Positions 17,842 to 27,250 of a stretch of DNA of 64,000 bases are shown one piece after another. The notes under the pieces are model-generated. The model did not search any database. It was not told the origin of the DNA and was given only the letters and a program-made list of their open reading frames with translations. The translations under genes were made by a program, and so were the position numbers. The stretch's first letter is position 1, and each line of letters begins with the position of its first letter. This stretch comes from Dehalococcoidia bacterium (lineage in GTDB: Bacteria > Chloroflexota > Dehalococcoidia > Lucifugimonadales > UBA3495): assembly GCA_034420695.1 (NCBI GenBank), contig DAOULB010000054.1:78207-142206 (forward strand). The letters run 5' to 3'.

Positions 17842-18306
17842 CTATCCCCGGCGGGGCAACTCCCGCTCGGCGCTGTCCAGCATGATGGTGACCGGCCCGT
17901 CGTTTTCCAGGCTAACCTGCATGTACGCCTGAAAAACTCCGGTGGCCACTTTCAGACCCTCCTTGCCCAAGGCTTCGACGGTATATTCATATAGGCTTTG
18001 GGCTTCCTCGGGAGCGGCGGCCCGGGAAAAACTGGGGCGCCTCCCCCGGCGGGTGTCGGCGTAGAGGGTAAACTGGCTTACCACGAGAAGTTCCGCCCCA
18101 ATGTCCAAGGCCGATAGATTGAACCTGCCCTCGGCGTCGGAAAAAATCCTCAGGTTGACCAGTTTGCCCACCAAGTAGTCGGCGTCGGCCCTTTCGTCCC
18201 CGGAAGCAACCCCCAAGAACACCGCCAAGCCCGGGCCTATCCGGCCTGCCTCTTCCCCTTCTACGGCAACCGAGGCGTGTTTTACCCGCTGGATCAGTGC
18301 CCGCAT
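17842..18306 (-). CDS. dtd: D-aminoacyl-tRNA deacylase
   Basis: [11 protein letters not shown]...GPGL.VFLGV and [17 protein letters not shown] motifs. Confidence 0.95.
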   Translation of the reverse strand: MRALIQRVKHASVAVEGEEAGRIGPGLAVFLGVASGDERADADYLVGKLVNLRIFSDAEGRFNLSALDIGAELLVVSQFTLYADTRRGRRPSFSRAAAPEEAQSLYEYTVEALGKEGLKVATGVFQAYMQVSLENDGPVTIMLDSAERELPRRG

Positions 18307-18513
18307 TGGGCTACCCCCGCAGGTGACAAAGGGACCGCGGATGGGGGAAGGCGATGGGGAGAGCGGCGGAACGGAGACGTGCAGGCCTGCTGGAAATGAA
18401 GGACCTCAATGAAGCGTCCCACCGTAGCGGCCTTGGCGCATTGCTGCCAAACCTGGTGAGCGCCAATGACAGGAAAGAGTTGGTTGACGCCGGAGAGAGC
18501 GTTCCCTGGTCAG

Positions 18514-18855
18514 TCAGGAGGAGGAATCGCTCCCCGCCTGCACCGTGGACCCGCTGTCGGAAGTGGAACTGGAGGAGGAACTCTCCGATGCCGCCACCTT
18601 TTCCTTGGCGGTGCTGGATGAATCTCCGTCGGAAGAAGTCTTGGACTCTTTGCTGCCGTTTTCGGCCGGCGGCTTGGGCCGTCCGTAGTCTGTGGTGTAA
18701 AATCCGGAACCCTTGTAGATGACCGGGACCGCGTGATAAACGCGCTGGCCTCGCCCGGCGCAACTGGGGCAAGTGCCCGAACCGGCTTCTTTGAAGCTCT
18801 GGACTAGTTCAAATTCGTGGCCGCAACTAACGCATCGGTAGTCGTATCGTGGCAC
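18514..18855 (-). CDS. FmdB-family zinc-ribbon protein with Ser-rich acidic tail
   Basis: VPRYDYRCVSCGHEFE...CPSC matches the FmdB/CxxC_CxxC_SSSS pattern. GTG at 18855 is preceded by AGGAGGG. The track start 18930 is unlikely. Confidence 0.8.
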   Translation of the reverse strand: MPRYDYRCVSCGHEFELVQSFKEAGSGTCPSCAGRGQRVYHAVPVIYKGSGFYTTDYGRPKPPAENGSKESKTSSDGDSSSTAKEKVAASESSSSSSTSDSGSTVQAGSDSSS

Positions 18856-18936
18856 CGGGTCCCTCCTGGGAATAAGCTCATTTACGCACAAGAACCTGCA
18901 CATTTGCAGGCCCGGTAAACCAATCCCCAATTTCCA

Positions 18937-18965
18937 AATTTACCAGCAGGGATACCGGGTGTCAA
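18937..18965 (-). promoter_or_regulatory. sigma-70-like promoter TTGACA-N17-TAAATT for the FmdB-like gene
   Basis: Minus strand reads TTGACA cccggtatccctgctgg TAAATT. The leader contains the hairpin CCTGCA aatg TGCAGG. Confidence 0.4.
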
Positions 18966-19355
18966 ATAAGCCGGCGCCTGTCTCAGGGAAACCGCCTCTG
19001 GAGACTGCATCCTTGGCGGTCCCTCGTCCTCCCCAGCCCATATCTTTCCCAATTTTTACCCCGGTATGTTAATCAAGGCCGGTTAACCCAAGCCCGCCGC
19101 GGGTCAGGGCTCCGCCGCCCGTGGACCCTGCATGGCCCGACGCCAACCCCGTCCTGCCCGTGCCTTGGATCCCTCATGAACCTGGTTCAGCCCAAACTTC
19201 GCAAGGAAAAATGGAAACATCGCCCTGTTTACTGACACTTGTCGCTTGCCACTCAGGATTGCAGCTCTCTAGCATGAATTTCAGGGCATCACGCAGCCCT
19301 CTGCCGCAATGCCCGAATACAACCGCCACTGAAGCGACCAAGAGTCCAATGCTCA

Positions 19356-19735
19356 AAAATCGATTCCAAGGGAACCCTTCCCAGGCCAAGTCCCTCCGGC
19401 CCGGACAGCACCCCTCCTCGTACCCCACCGGACACCCAAAATGGAGGGAAATGACGGGAAATGGCAGGGAAAATAAGATTTCCGGCCCTCAGCTCTCCCC
19501 GCAGCCCTCGGCCTTCCCGGACTCTGCTGAACCCGCAAAATGGCGGAAAATGACAGGAAATGGTGGGGAAATTAAAAGTTTCGGCCCCCAGTTCCCACTG
19601 AACCCCGGGCCCTCCCCGGACCCCACCCGGCCTCTAAAATGAGAAGAAATGAGAGGGAATGAGAGGGAAACCAAAAAATCCGGCCCGGCCTCCCGGCTGC
19701 TGTAAGCCATGCCCTTTATAGACCCCGGCAATCCC
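19356..19735. repeat. nested tandem repeat: 3 copies at an exact 99-nt period (19438, 19537, 19636) plus a shorter degenerate copy (19356)
   Basis: Each copy begins AAAATGG/A followed by three 10-11-nt subrepeats ATGnnGGGAA, then a T(C/T)CGGCCC box. Copies were aligned by eye. Confidence 0.85.
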
Positions 19736-19767
19736 AACAATTAGCTGGTAAAGGAGAACATCGCACT

Positions 19768-20100
19768 ATGAACCTCAATGAAATACGCCGCCGCATCGAC
19801 GCCCTTCGCAGCAAGCTGGCCCTGGAGTTGGCCGTTATCGAACTCCACCGCCTGGTCTGTGAATTTGCCCTCAAGTGGGGCATCGCCTTAGCCGGAGACC
19901 GGCCCCTGCCCGAACCCCACACCTTCCCCAGCAAGGTCGCCGCCGCCGGCGTCAAGCTGACCTCCCACATGGGCGCCGTCAAGTACCTGGAAGAGTGCCG
20001 GAGCAAGAACACCGCTCCCGAAGCCCAGAAGCTGCTCTACCGGCTGTTGCCCTGCGCCCGTGACTTCCCTTACAACGCCCTCCTCGCCTTGGACGCCTAG
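19768..20100 (+). CDS. hypothetical protein (110 aa)
   Basis: AAAGGAGAA SD upstream of the ATG. Helical-looking sequence, no family recognised. Confidence 0.5.
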   Translation: MNLNEIRRRIDALRSKLALELAVIELHRLVCEFALKWGIALAGDRPLPEPHTFPSKVAAAGVKLTSHMGAVKYLEECRSKNTAPEAQKLLYRLLPCARDFPYNALLALDA

Positions 20101-20417
20101 AGCCGGGAAGGAATTCGGGGACAGGGAAGGTTCCATGGGACCGGGAAAGAATCTTGAGTAGGAGGACTGACCGGCTGCACGGCGACCATACATTTTAGGC
20201 AGGCCATTTCCCGCAACCGCCGGGACGATAGGGCAATACTCTCCTCCCAGCCGCCATTTACTTTCCTTGTAGAGGAAAGGGGCGCCTGTGGCTGTGTATA
20301 ACTCGGCCCAGCCGAACAATTTCCTCGCCAAGCATGCCCTTCCCGATAGCAGTTCTTTTCAACCGCTGGTGATACACTCTCGCAGATAGCGGGAAGAATG
20401 TGTAAAGCGAGCGGGTA

Positions 20418-22403
20418 TTGAACTGTTCCAATTGCGGGGAAGAAATTCCCCAAGGCTCCAACTTCTGCCAGTATTGCGGCGGAGCCTTGGCTGGTGCGCC
20501 GGTTGCTGGTAGCGGCGGCTCATCTCTCGATGCTGAGACGGCTGGCGATGCTGAACCGGTAGCCCTGCGGGAAACTGTCCTGGGACTCCAGGCCGAAGTT
20601 GCCGAATTATCCCGGCGTTTGCGGGCACTGGAGAGCGTCCGGCCTGTCCCCGGCTCTGCTCCGGCGCCTGCCCGGCCTGTTGCGCCGCCCCCAACGGTAG
20701 CGCAATCCGCCGCCCCCAGGGCGGACGCTCCACCGTCCGGCGCCGCTTCCGCCCCGCCGGACGCTCCCGCGGGCGGCGGACCTCCCGGAAACCTGCCGGG
20801 CATACTGTCACCCAGCGAATGGGAGTGGCTGCTGGGGGGCAACTGGCTGGCCCGGGTCGGTATCCTGGCCTTGATCTTCGGCATTGGGTTCTTCCTCAAG
20901 CTGGCATTCGACAACGACTGGATAGGCGAGACTGGACGGGTGGTTCTGGGACTGGCGGTGGGTGTGGCCCTGCTGGGCGGCGGGGAGTATTGGAGCCGGC
21001 GCTACCCCGCGTGGGCCCAAGCGGTCACCGGCGGCGGCATAGCAGTCCTATACCTTTCCATCTTCGCCGCCTTCGCCCTCTATGACTTGGTGCCTTCCCT
21101 GGGGGCCTTGGGCTTCTCATTCCTGGTGACCCTGGCCGCGGCCGGGCTGGCCTTGCGCTACGAGTCCCGTGCCATTGCCGTGCTGGGCATTCTTGGCGGG
21201 TTTGCTACTCCGCTGATCCTGGCCGATCGGCTGCCGGAGCAGTGGGCCTTGCTGGCCTACGTCCTGGTGCTGGACCTGGGAGTGCTGGCGCTGGCTACCT
21301 TCCGGAACTGGCGCTGGTTCACTTTGCTGGCCCTGATCGGGTCGCTGGTTCTCTTCGGATTCTGGTACTTTGAACTGGAGCCTGGCCTGCTGCTGGCCCA
21401 AGTGGGCATCACCGTTATTTTCCTGATTTTTGTCGGGGCCACCACCCTGTTCCACCTGCTCTGGCGGCGGCCCCCGGGGCCGCTGGACCAAGCCCTGATG
21501 GTCTTGAATGCGGCGGCCTACTTCGGGATAAGCTATGCCCTGCTCTTCGAAGAGTTCAGGGTCTGGATGGGCGGCTTCACCCTGCTGCTCGCCCTGTTCT
21601 ACGGCCTGCTGGGATACGGGATTGTGGCGCGGCACCGGGAACAGGCGCACCTGGGCCTGTTTGCCTTGGGCATTGCCTTGGTGTTCCTGACCATCGCTGT
21701 GCCAGTCCAGTTGGGCGGGCCCTGGATTGGCGTAGCCTGGGCCGTCGAGGGCGTGGTGCTAATCTGGCTGTCCTTCTTCGTGGGCATGCCCCAGTTGCGC
21801 TGGTTCGGCCTCGCCGCCTTCGTCATCACCATCGGCTACTTGCTGCTGCTGGACCTTCCCCTCGACTTGGGTGAGTCCGGCCCCTTCGTCGCCTACGAGT
21901 ACTCCTACTGGCCTGTAATCAACCTTCGATTCCTCTCCTACGTTCTCATAATCGCAGCATCGTATGCATCGGCCTTCGCTTGGTGGCGCTGGCGGGACAA
22001 TTACGTCTCCCCCGAGGAGCGGCACTTCATACCTGTCTTCCTGGGGGTGGCTAATGCCTTGTCCCTCTGGATACTGAGCATCCAGGTTGTTATGGCGGTT
22101 GACCAAGCCGCCATTGAACCAAACATCGCCGGCAACGTTATAAGCTTGTCCCTGAGCGGGCTATGGGCCCTGTACGCTGCCGTATTGATCGTTCTGGGCA
22201 TCGTCCGCCGCTTCCGCTTGTTGCGCTTGAGCGGGTTGGGCTTGCTGGCCGTTCCCATAGCCAAGCTGTTCGTCTATGACGCGTTCAACTTGGAGCAGGA
22301 ATATCGGGTGGCGGCCTTCATCGGGTTGGGCGTCCTCCTGGTGGTCGGGGGATTCCTGTACCAACGCTACAGCAGGGTCATCCGGGAGTTCCTGCTTGAG
22401 TAA
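20418..22403 (+). CDS. zinc-ribbon + DUF2339-like polytopic membrane protein
   Basis: N-terminus NCSNCGEEIPQGSNFCQYCGG (zinc ribbon), a Pro/Ala-rich linker, then about 18 hydrophobic segments with the repeated W..R/GG pattern I associate with DUF2339. TTG start. Confidence 0.75.
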   Translation: MNCSNCGEEIPQGSNFCQYCGGALAGAPVAGSGGSSLDAETAGDAEPVALRETVLGLQAEVAELSRRLRALESVRPVPGSAPAPARPVAPPPTVAQSAAPRADAPPSGAASAPPDAPAGGGPPGNLPGILSPSEWEWLLGGNWLARVGILALIFGIGFFLKLAFDNDWIGETGRVVLGLAVGVALLGGGEYWSRRYPAWAQAVTGGGIAVLYLSIFAAFALYDLVPSLGALGFSFLVTLAAAGLALRYESRAIAVLGILGGFATPLILADRLPEQWALLAYVLVLDLGVLALATFRNWRWFTLLALIGSLVLFGFWYFELEPGLLLAQVGITVIFLIFVGATTLFHLLWRRPPGPLDQALMVLNAAAYFGISYALLFEEFRVWMGGFTLLLALFYGLLGYGIVARHREQAHLGLFALGIALVFLTIAVPVQLGGPWIGVAWAVEGVVLIWLSFFVGMPQLRWFGLAAFVITIGYLLLLDLPLDLGESGPFVAYEYSYWPVINLRFLSYVLIIAASYASAFAWWRWRDNYVSPEERHFIPVFLGVANALSLWILSIQVVMAVDQAAIEPNIAGNVISLSLSGLWALYAAVLIVLGIVRRFRLLRLSGLGLLAVPIAKLFVYDAFNLEQEYRVAAFIGLGVLLVVGGFLYQRYSRVIREFLLE

Positions 22404-22413
22404 CCGCAATGGG

Positions 22414-23754
22414 TTGGGCGGGCGGCCTTTCCGCAGGCGCCTCGGCGTGGTGGCTGCCGCATTGTTCCTTCTGCTGGCCGCCGGCGCCTTCTGGGGGTCG
22501 GCAACTCTCCCCACGGCCCGCGCAGACTTTGACCTGGCCCTTTGGCGCTTCTTCAAGGTAGTCACTGTACCTCCGGGAACGGCTGCCGGGGACTTGGCCG
22601 AGCTTGCCTTGGACCGGGAGGTGTTTCAAGAATCGTCCGGTGGTCAGGCGGATTTGCGGCTGCTGGCCGGGGGAGAAGAAGTCGCCTACCAGTTGGTTGT
22701 GGCAGAGGGCCGGGAGGAACGCCGTTCCGTTCCTGTCAAGGTGCGTGACCTGGGTTACGTCCCCGGCGAATATGCCGGCTTCATGGCTGACTTGGGCGAT
22801 GGTGGAAGCCTGCATAACGAAATGGAAATATTCACCAAGGGTAAGAACTTTCGCCGCAGCGTGGTCGTAGAAGCCGGCAGCGACGCCGAAACTTGGGCCG
22901 TGCTGGAAGAAGGTTCGGAAATCTACGACTTTTCGGTTGAAGAACAGGGCTTCAACGCACGAAATACCCGGGTCGGCTATCCGGAAAGTGCGGCCCGGTA
23001 CCTGAGGGTCCGGGTCTTGGACGGCGGCGCCGGCCCGCTGGGGATAGACGGCGCTGGCGTGGCTTTCTCTGAAGAAGTTCCGGCTGTTGAAATCCCCTAT
23101 GCGCCAAGGGTCTTGAGCAGCGGTGAGGGCGCCGGCGACCGCTCCAGTTTCTGGATATTGGACTTGGGTAATCGGGGCATCCCCGCCGGGCGCCTGTCCT
23201 TTCACACCACGGCCTCGAATTTTCACCGCACCGCCACTGTCGAAGGCAGTGATGACCGGGAAGACTGGCAGTTGCTGGGTAGCGGCCCCGTATATTCCTA
23301 CGATACTTCCAAGTTCACCGGCAGCAGCTTGTCACTGGACTTCCAGGAAGGTAGCTACCGGTACTATCGCTTCACCGTACAGGACTTGGATGACCCGTCC
23401 CTCCCGGCGGAGGGATTTACCCTGCATGGCTTGGAACGGAAGTTGATTTTCCAATCACAACCGGGTGTCGAATATTTTCTCTATTACGGAAATCCGGAGG
23501 CTCGTCAGCCATCCTACGATTTGGAACGAATAGTCCCCTACCTGGAGACCGGCAACCTGCCCGCCGCCTCGCTGGGAGTTCAACAGGCTAATCAGTCATT
23601 TACCGGCCCCGACGTGCCCCTGACCGAACGTTACCCTTGGTTGGCCCCCGTAGGCGTCGTTGTAGCGGCGCTGGCCGTGGGGGCGTTGCTGTTCGGCGTC
23701 TTCCGCCAAGCCCGCAAGTTGCTGCCCCCGCCGGACTCTGGCCCCGCAGGTTGA
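22414..23754 (+). CDS. DUF3999-like secreted/anchored protein
   Basis: TTG at 22414 gives the signal peptide RRRLGVVAAALFLLLAAGAFWG..ARA. Two beta-sandwich-like halves (YLRVRVLD / YYRFTVQD) and a C-terminal TM anchor. Starts 10 nt after the DUF2339 stop. Confidence 0.65.
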   Translation: MGGRPFRRRLGVVAAALFLLLAAGAFWGSATLPTARADFDLALWRFFKVVTVPPGTAAGDLAELALDREVFQESSGGQADLRLLAGGEEVAYQLVVAEGREERRSVPVKVRDLGYVPGEYAGFMADLGDGGSLHNEMEIFTKGKNFRRSVVVEAGSDAETWAVLEEGSEIYDFSVEEQGFNARNTRVGYPESAARYLRVRVLDGGAGPLGIDGAGVAFSEEVPAVEIPYAPRVLSSGEGAGDRSSFWILDLGNRGIPAGRLSFHTTASNFHRTATVEGSDDREDWQLLGSGPVYSYDTSKFTGSSLSLDFQEGSYRYYRFTVQDLDDPSLPAEGFTLHGLERKLIFQSQPGVEYFLYYGNPEARQPSYDLERIVPYLETGNLPAASLGVQQANQSFTGPDVPLTERYPWLAPVGVVVAALAVGALLFGVFRQARKLLPPPDSGPAG

Positions 23755-23857
23755 CCGCCCACGGGGGCAATGCTAAATTCGACCCCTGCCGGGTATTCAG
23801 TGCTACGGTTCCTCGGCAACCGGTGTAATAGCCAGCCGCTTAAAGGTGAGTTGAGCC

Positions 23858-24940
23858 ATGAAAGCTGCAGTATTGAGGGAAGTGGACCGCCCCCTGGAGG
23901 TCGAAGAGGTGCAGGTGGACAACCCCAGCCCCCGCGAGGTGCTCATCCGCACCGGGGCCACTGGCGTTTGCCACAGCGACCTCCATTTCGTCGAAGGCAA
24001 ATATGCGATAGCCATGCCGGCGGTGCTGGGCCACGAAGCCGCCGGCACCGTGGAGGCTGTGGGCAGCCAAGTCAACTACCTGAAGCCGGGGGACACGGTG
24101 ATAACCTGCCTGTCGGTGTTTTGCGGCCTCTGTGAGCGCTGCCTGAGCGGGCGGCCCAACCTTTGTTACCGGGAGGACGTGGTCCGGTCGCCGGACGAAC
24201 CGCCGAGATTGAGACAGGGGAGCCAGGCGGTAACCCAGATGGCTCAGCTCTCGTCCTTCGCCGAACAGATGCTGGTTCACGAGAACGCCACGGTTAAAGT
24301 CCGGGAAGATATCCCCTTCGAGCAACTGGCCCTCATCGGTTGTGGCGTGACCACCGGGGTCGGCGCTGCGCTGAACACCGCCAAGGTGCAACCGGGCAGC
24401 ACCGTTGCCGTCATCGGCTGCGGCGGCGTGGGCCTCAGCGCCATCCAGGGAGCGATCCTGGCCGGCGCGTTGCGGGTCATCGCCATCGACCGGGTGGAGA
24501 CCAAGTTGACCATGGCCACCCAGTTCGGGGCCACCGATGTGGTGGACGCCTCTTCCGGAGACGTGGTGGAGAAAATCCGGGACCTGACCAACGGCGGCGT
24601 GGACTATTCCTTCGAGGCCATCGGCACCAAGGAGACGGCTGAGCAGGCCTTCAACATGCTGCAGGCCGGGGGTACTGCCACCATAATCGGCATGATCCCC
24701 CAAGGCACCAAGATAGAGCTGGACGGGCCCTCATTTCTCCGGGAGCGGAAGATCCAGGGCAGCAGCATGGGTTCCAATAGGTTCCGCACCGACATGCCCC
24801 GGTTCATCGAGTTCTACTTGCAGGGCCGCCTGAAGCTGGACCAGATGGTCTCCCAGAGGCTGAGCCTGGGCGACGTCAACGGCGCCTTCGAAGACATGAA
24901 GGCCGGCGCCGTCGCCCGCAGCGTGATCACTTTCGGCTAG
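23858..24940 (+). CDS. zinc-dependent alcohol dehydrogenase family oxidoreductase
   Basis: GVCHSDLH, GHEAAG.V, structural-zinc Cys cluster CGLCERCLSGRPNLC, and GCGGVGLS Rossmann motif. Confidence 0.9.
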   Translation: MKAAVLREVDRPLEVEEVQVDNPSPREVLIRTGATGVCHSDLHFVEGKYAIAMPAVLGHEAAGTVEAVGSQVNYLKPGDTVITCLSVFCGLCERCLSGRPNLCYREDVVRSPDEPPRLRQGSQAVTQMAQLSSFAEQMLVHENATVKVREDIPFEQLALIGCGVTTGVGAALNTAKVQPGSTVAVIGCGGVGLSAIQGAILAGALRVIAIDRVETKLTMATQFGATDVVDASSGDVVEKIRDLTNGGVDYSFEAIGTKETAEQAFNMLQAGGTATIIGMIPQGTKIELDGPSFLRERKIQGSSMGSNRFRTDMPRFIEFYLQGRLKLDQMVSQRLSLGDVNGAFEDMKAGAVARSVITFG

Positions 24941-25010
24941 TGCCAACTGGTTGAAAGAATCTATTTGTTGCTGTTAAGGTTGCTACAGCAGACAAAGCAC
25001 TGGGCGGGAC

Positions 25011-25394
25011 ATGCAGGCACGGGAGTCCACAGCTGAAAAACACACACGGCTCGCTCATAAATTGCTGGCCGACGCCGAGGGGGAGATAGCCGCCGGGGAC
25101 TTGGTTCAAGGGGCAGAGAAGCTATGGGGTGCTACTAGCCAAGCCCTAAAGGCCTACAGCGCAAGCCGTGGCCTGCCCCATAGTAAATATGCCCAACGCC
25201 GTAGAGCCGTGATGGACCTAGCAGCCCGGCAGGATGACTCCTTCATACGCGCTGCCTTCGGCGTTGCCCAGTCATGCCACTCCAATTTCTACAACGATTG
25301 GATGGAGCAGGAAGACTTGGATAGCTACCTGCCGGACATACGTCAACTGGTCGACTTAGTCCTCAGTGCCAAGGAGCCACCTGCTTCCTGCTGA
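25011..25394 (+). CDS. hypothetical helical protein, PaREP1-like
   Basis: LLADAEGEIAAGDLVQGAEKLWGATSQALKAY resembles the archaeal PaREP1/PaREP8 helical family as I recall it. Weak call. Confidence 0.45.
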   Translation: MQARESTAEKHTRLAHKLLADAEGEIAAGDLVQGAEKLWGATSQALKAYSASRGLPHSKYAQRRRAVMDLAARQDDSFIRAAFGVAQSCHSNFYNDWMEQEDLDSYLPDIRQLVDLVLSAKEPPASC

Positions 25395-25462
25395 TGCTCT
25401 CCCTCATGCAGGTTCCGGCTCCAGGTTCCCGGATGGTCAAGCATGCCTGAGGACCGGCCCCG

Positions 25463-26236
25463 TCAGTTCTTCCAGTGGGGCTCCCGCTTCTCCAGGAAGG
25501 CGGTGATGCCTTCTTGGGCGTCCTCTTCCATAAGGTTGTCCACCATCACCTGCTGTGCCATCTGGTAGGCCGCCGGGCGGTCCATTTCAATTTGTTGATA
25601 GAAGGCGGGCTTCCCCAAGGCCAGGGTGCGGGAACTGGCCTTGGCTATGCGCCGGGCCAATTCCATCACTTCTTCTTCCAGCTTATCCGGGGCCGTAACT
25701 CGGCTGATCAAGCCGAACTCCAGGGCCTCGGTGGCCGGGATTGGGGCGCCGGTTAGCAGCATTTCCATGGCCTTCTTGGGCATCACCGCCCGGGCAACCG
25801 CGACCCCGGGAGTGGTGCAGAACAACCCGATCTGGACGCCGGGAGTGGCGAACCTGGCGGTGTCGGCAGCCACCGACAGGTCGCAGGTGGCCACCAGTTG
25901 GCATCCCGCAGCGGTGGCTAATCCCTGCACTTGGGCGATGACCGGCTTTGACAGCAGGCGGATTAGTTCCATGACCTCGGTGCAGTCGGCGAACACTCCC
26001 GAATAGCTCTCCCTGTCTTGGCCCACCAACTCGTTCAGGTCGTGCCCTGAACTGAACACCGGCCCGGTGGAACGAATGACGACGACGCGAACGCTGGCAT
26101 CTTTCCCGGCTTCGGTCAGGTACCGGTGAAGCAGTTCCAGAGTCGGCGTGGACAGCGTGTTGCGCTGTTTCGGATTGTTAAGTGTCAACACCGCTATCCC
26201 TTCTTCTAGGTGGTACAGTACCGGGTCTTCCGACAT
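25463..26236 (-). CDS. enoyl-CoA hydratase/isomerase (crotonase) family protein
   Basis: Crotonase fold motifs ([35 protein letters not shown]). AAGGAGG SD. Confidence 0.9.
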   Translation of the reverse strand: MSEDPVLYHLEEGIAVLTLNNPKQRNTLSTPTLELLHRYLTEAGKDASVRVVVIRSTGPVFSSGHDLNELVGQDRESYSGVFADCTEVMELIRLLSKPVIAQVQGLATAAGCQLVATCDLSVAADTARFATPGVQIGLFCTTPGVAVARAVMPKKAMEMLLTGAPIPATEALEFGLISRVTAPDKLEEEVMELARRIAKASSRTLALGKPAFYQQIEMDRPAAYQMAQQVMVDNLMEEDAQEGITAFLEKREPHWKN

Positions 26237-26330
26237 GATATTGCCTCCTTGGTCTTACGAGTCGCAGGCTGGGGACGGCCTAAAAGGCTGACCGGCAGCT
26301 CCATCCCATGGTCTAGCAATTAGGCTTCGG

Positions 26331-27209
26331 TTACTCTTTTACGACATCCCTGAATTGTCGAATGATTTCGAGCCGTTCTTCCAGAGAACGCAGGCCAGCT
26401 TTACGGGTCTCCACCACCAAGTGAGTGGCCCCCAGTTCCTCCCACTGCTTCGCCTCTCCCAACCAGTCCTCCGGCTGCTTGCCGGCGGTCCAGATGCGAC
26501 CTTCCAACTCAAGGCTGGACGGATTCCGCCCCGCTTCTTTCATGTAGTCCCTGACGGTCTGGACCAACTCCCGTCCTTTTTGGTCCGGGCCGAATCCGGG
26601 GCACCATCCGTCGGCAATGGCCGCAACCCGGTGCAGAACGGACTTGGTGCCCAATGACCCTCCTCCCAGCCACACGGGAATGGGCCGCTGCACCGGCAAG
26701 GGATTCAGACCCGCGTTGTCCACCCGGTGCCACCTCCCATGGAAGTCAACCACTTCATCGGTCCACAGGGCCCGCATCAGGGCGATCTGCTCTTCGCTGC
26801 GTCTGCCCCGGTTGTGAAAATCTTGGTTGAGCGCCTGGTACTCCACGTCGTTCCAGCCAACCCCGATGCCCAGCCGTAACCTGCCGCCGCTGAGCACGTC
26901 CACCTCCGCAGCCTGCTTTGCCACCAAGACCGTCTGGCGTTGGGGCAGTATGAGGATTCCCGACGCCAGCCCTACCGTGGTGGTCACGGCAGCCAGATAG
27001 CCCATGGTGGTCATGATTTCGTGGACTACGCTTTGGTGGTGGTAAGTCTGCAGGGAGGGGTGGCTGTGGTGCTTGGGGTCCGCGCCCAGAACATGGTCCG
27101 CAACGAAAATGTGATCATACCCTAAGCCTTCGACCGCCTGGGCGAAATCCTTGATTTCCGAAGGGTCCGGCCCTATCTCGGTCTGAGGGAAAATGGCGCC
27201 TATCTTCAA
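26331..27209 (-). CDS. LLM-class F420/flavin-dependent oxidoreductase
   Basis: MKIGAIFPQ, LGYDHIFVADHV, RLGIGVGW and IPVWLGG motifs. TTG start. Confidence 0.85.
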   Translation of the reverse strand: MKIGAIFPQTEIGPDPSEIKDFAQAVEGLGYDHIFVADHVLGADPKHHSHPSLQTYHHQSVVHEIMTTMGYLAAVTTTVGLASGILILPQRQTVLVAKQAAEVDVLSGGRLRLGIGVGWNDVEYQALNQDFHNRGRRSEEQIALMRALWTDEVVDFHGRWHRVDNAGLNPLPVQRPIPVWLGGGSLGTKSVLHRVAAIADGWCPGFGPDQKGRELVQTVRDYMKEAGRNPSSLELEGRIWTAGKQPEDWLGEAKQWEELGATHLVVETRKAGLRSLEERLEIIRQFRDVVKE

Positions 27210-27250
27210 TTGGGAACAACCTTTCCTACTTGCTGCGGCGTGGTGATTTC

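Noticed and set aside
19121-19642. 173-aa ORF running through the 99-nt repeats. The period of 99 equals 33 codons, and copies translate as KWREMTGNGRENK / KWRKMTGNGGEIK, with copy 3 reading K-TGA-EEMRGNERETK.
   Set aside because: It has no SD, a Pro/Ser-rich low-complexity translation, and no G+C third-position bias by eye. The third copy is interrupted. TGA is used as an ordinary stop elsewhere (for example mnmA), so TGA-to-Trp recoding is not supported. I treat it as non-coding DNA or at best a dead repeat protein.
20101-20417. Riboswitch or leader RNA in the 320-nt region upstream of the DUF2339 gene.
   Set aside because: I could not spot any known riboswitch core (TPP, SAM, FMN, glycine, c-di-GMP, Mn/Mg classes) or a strong conserved-looking structure.
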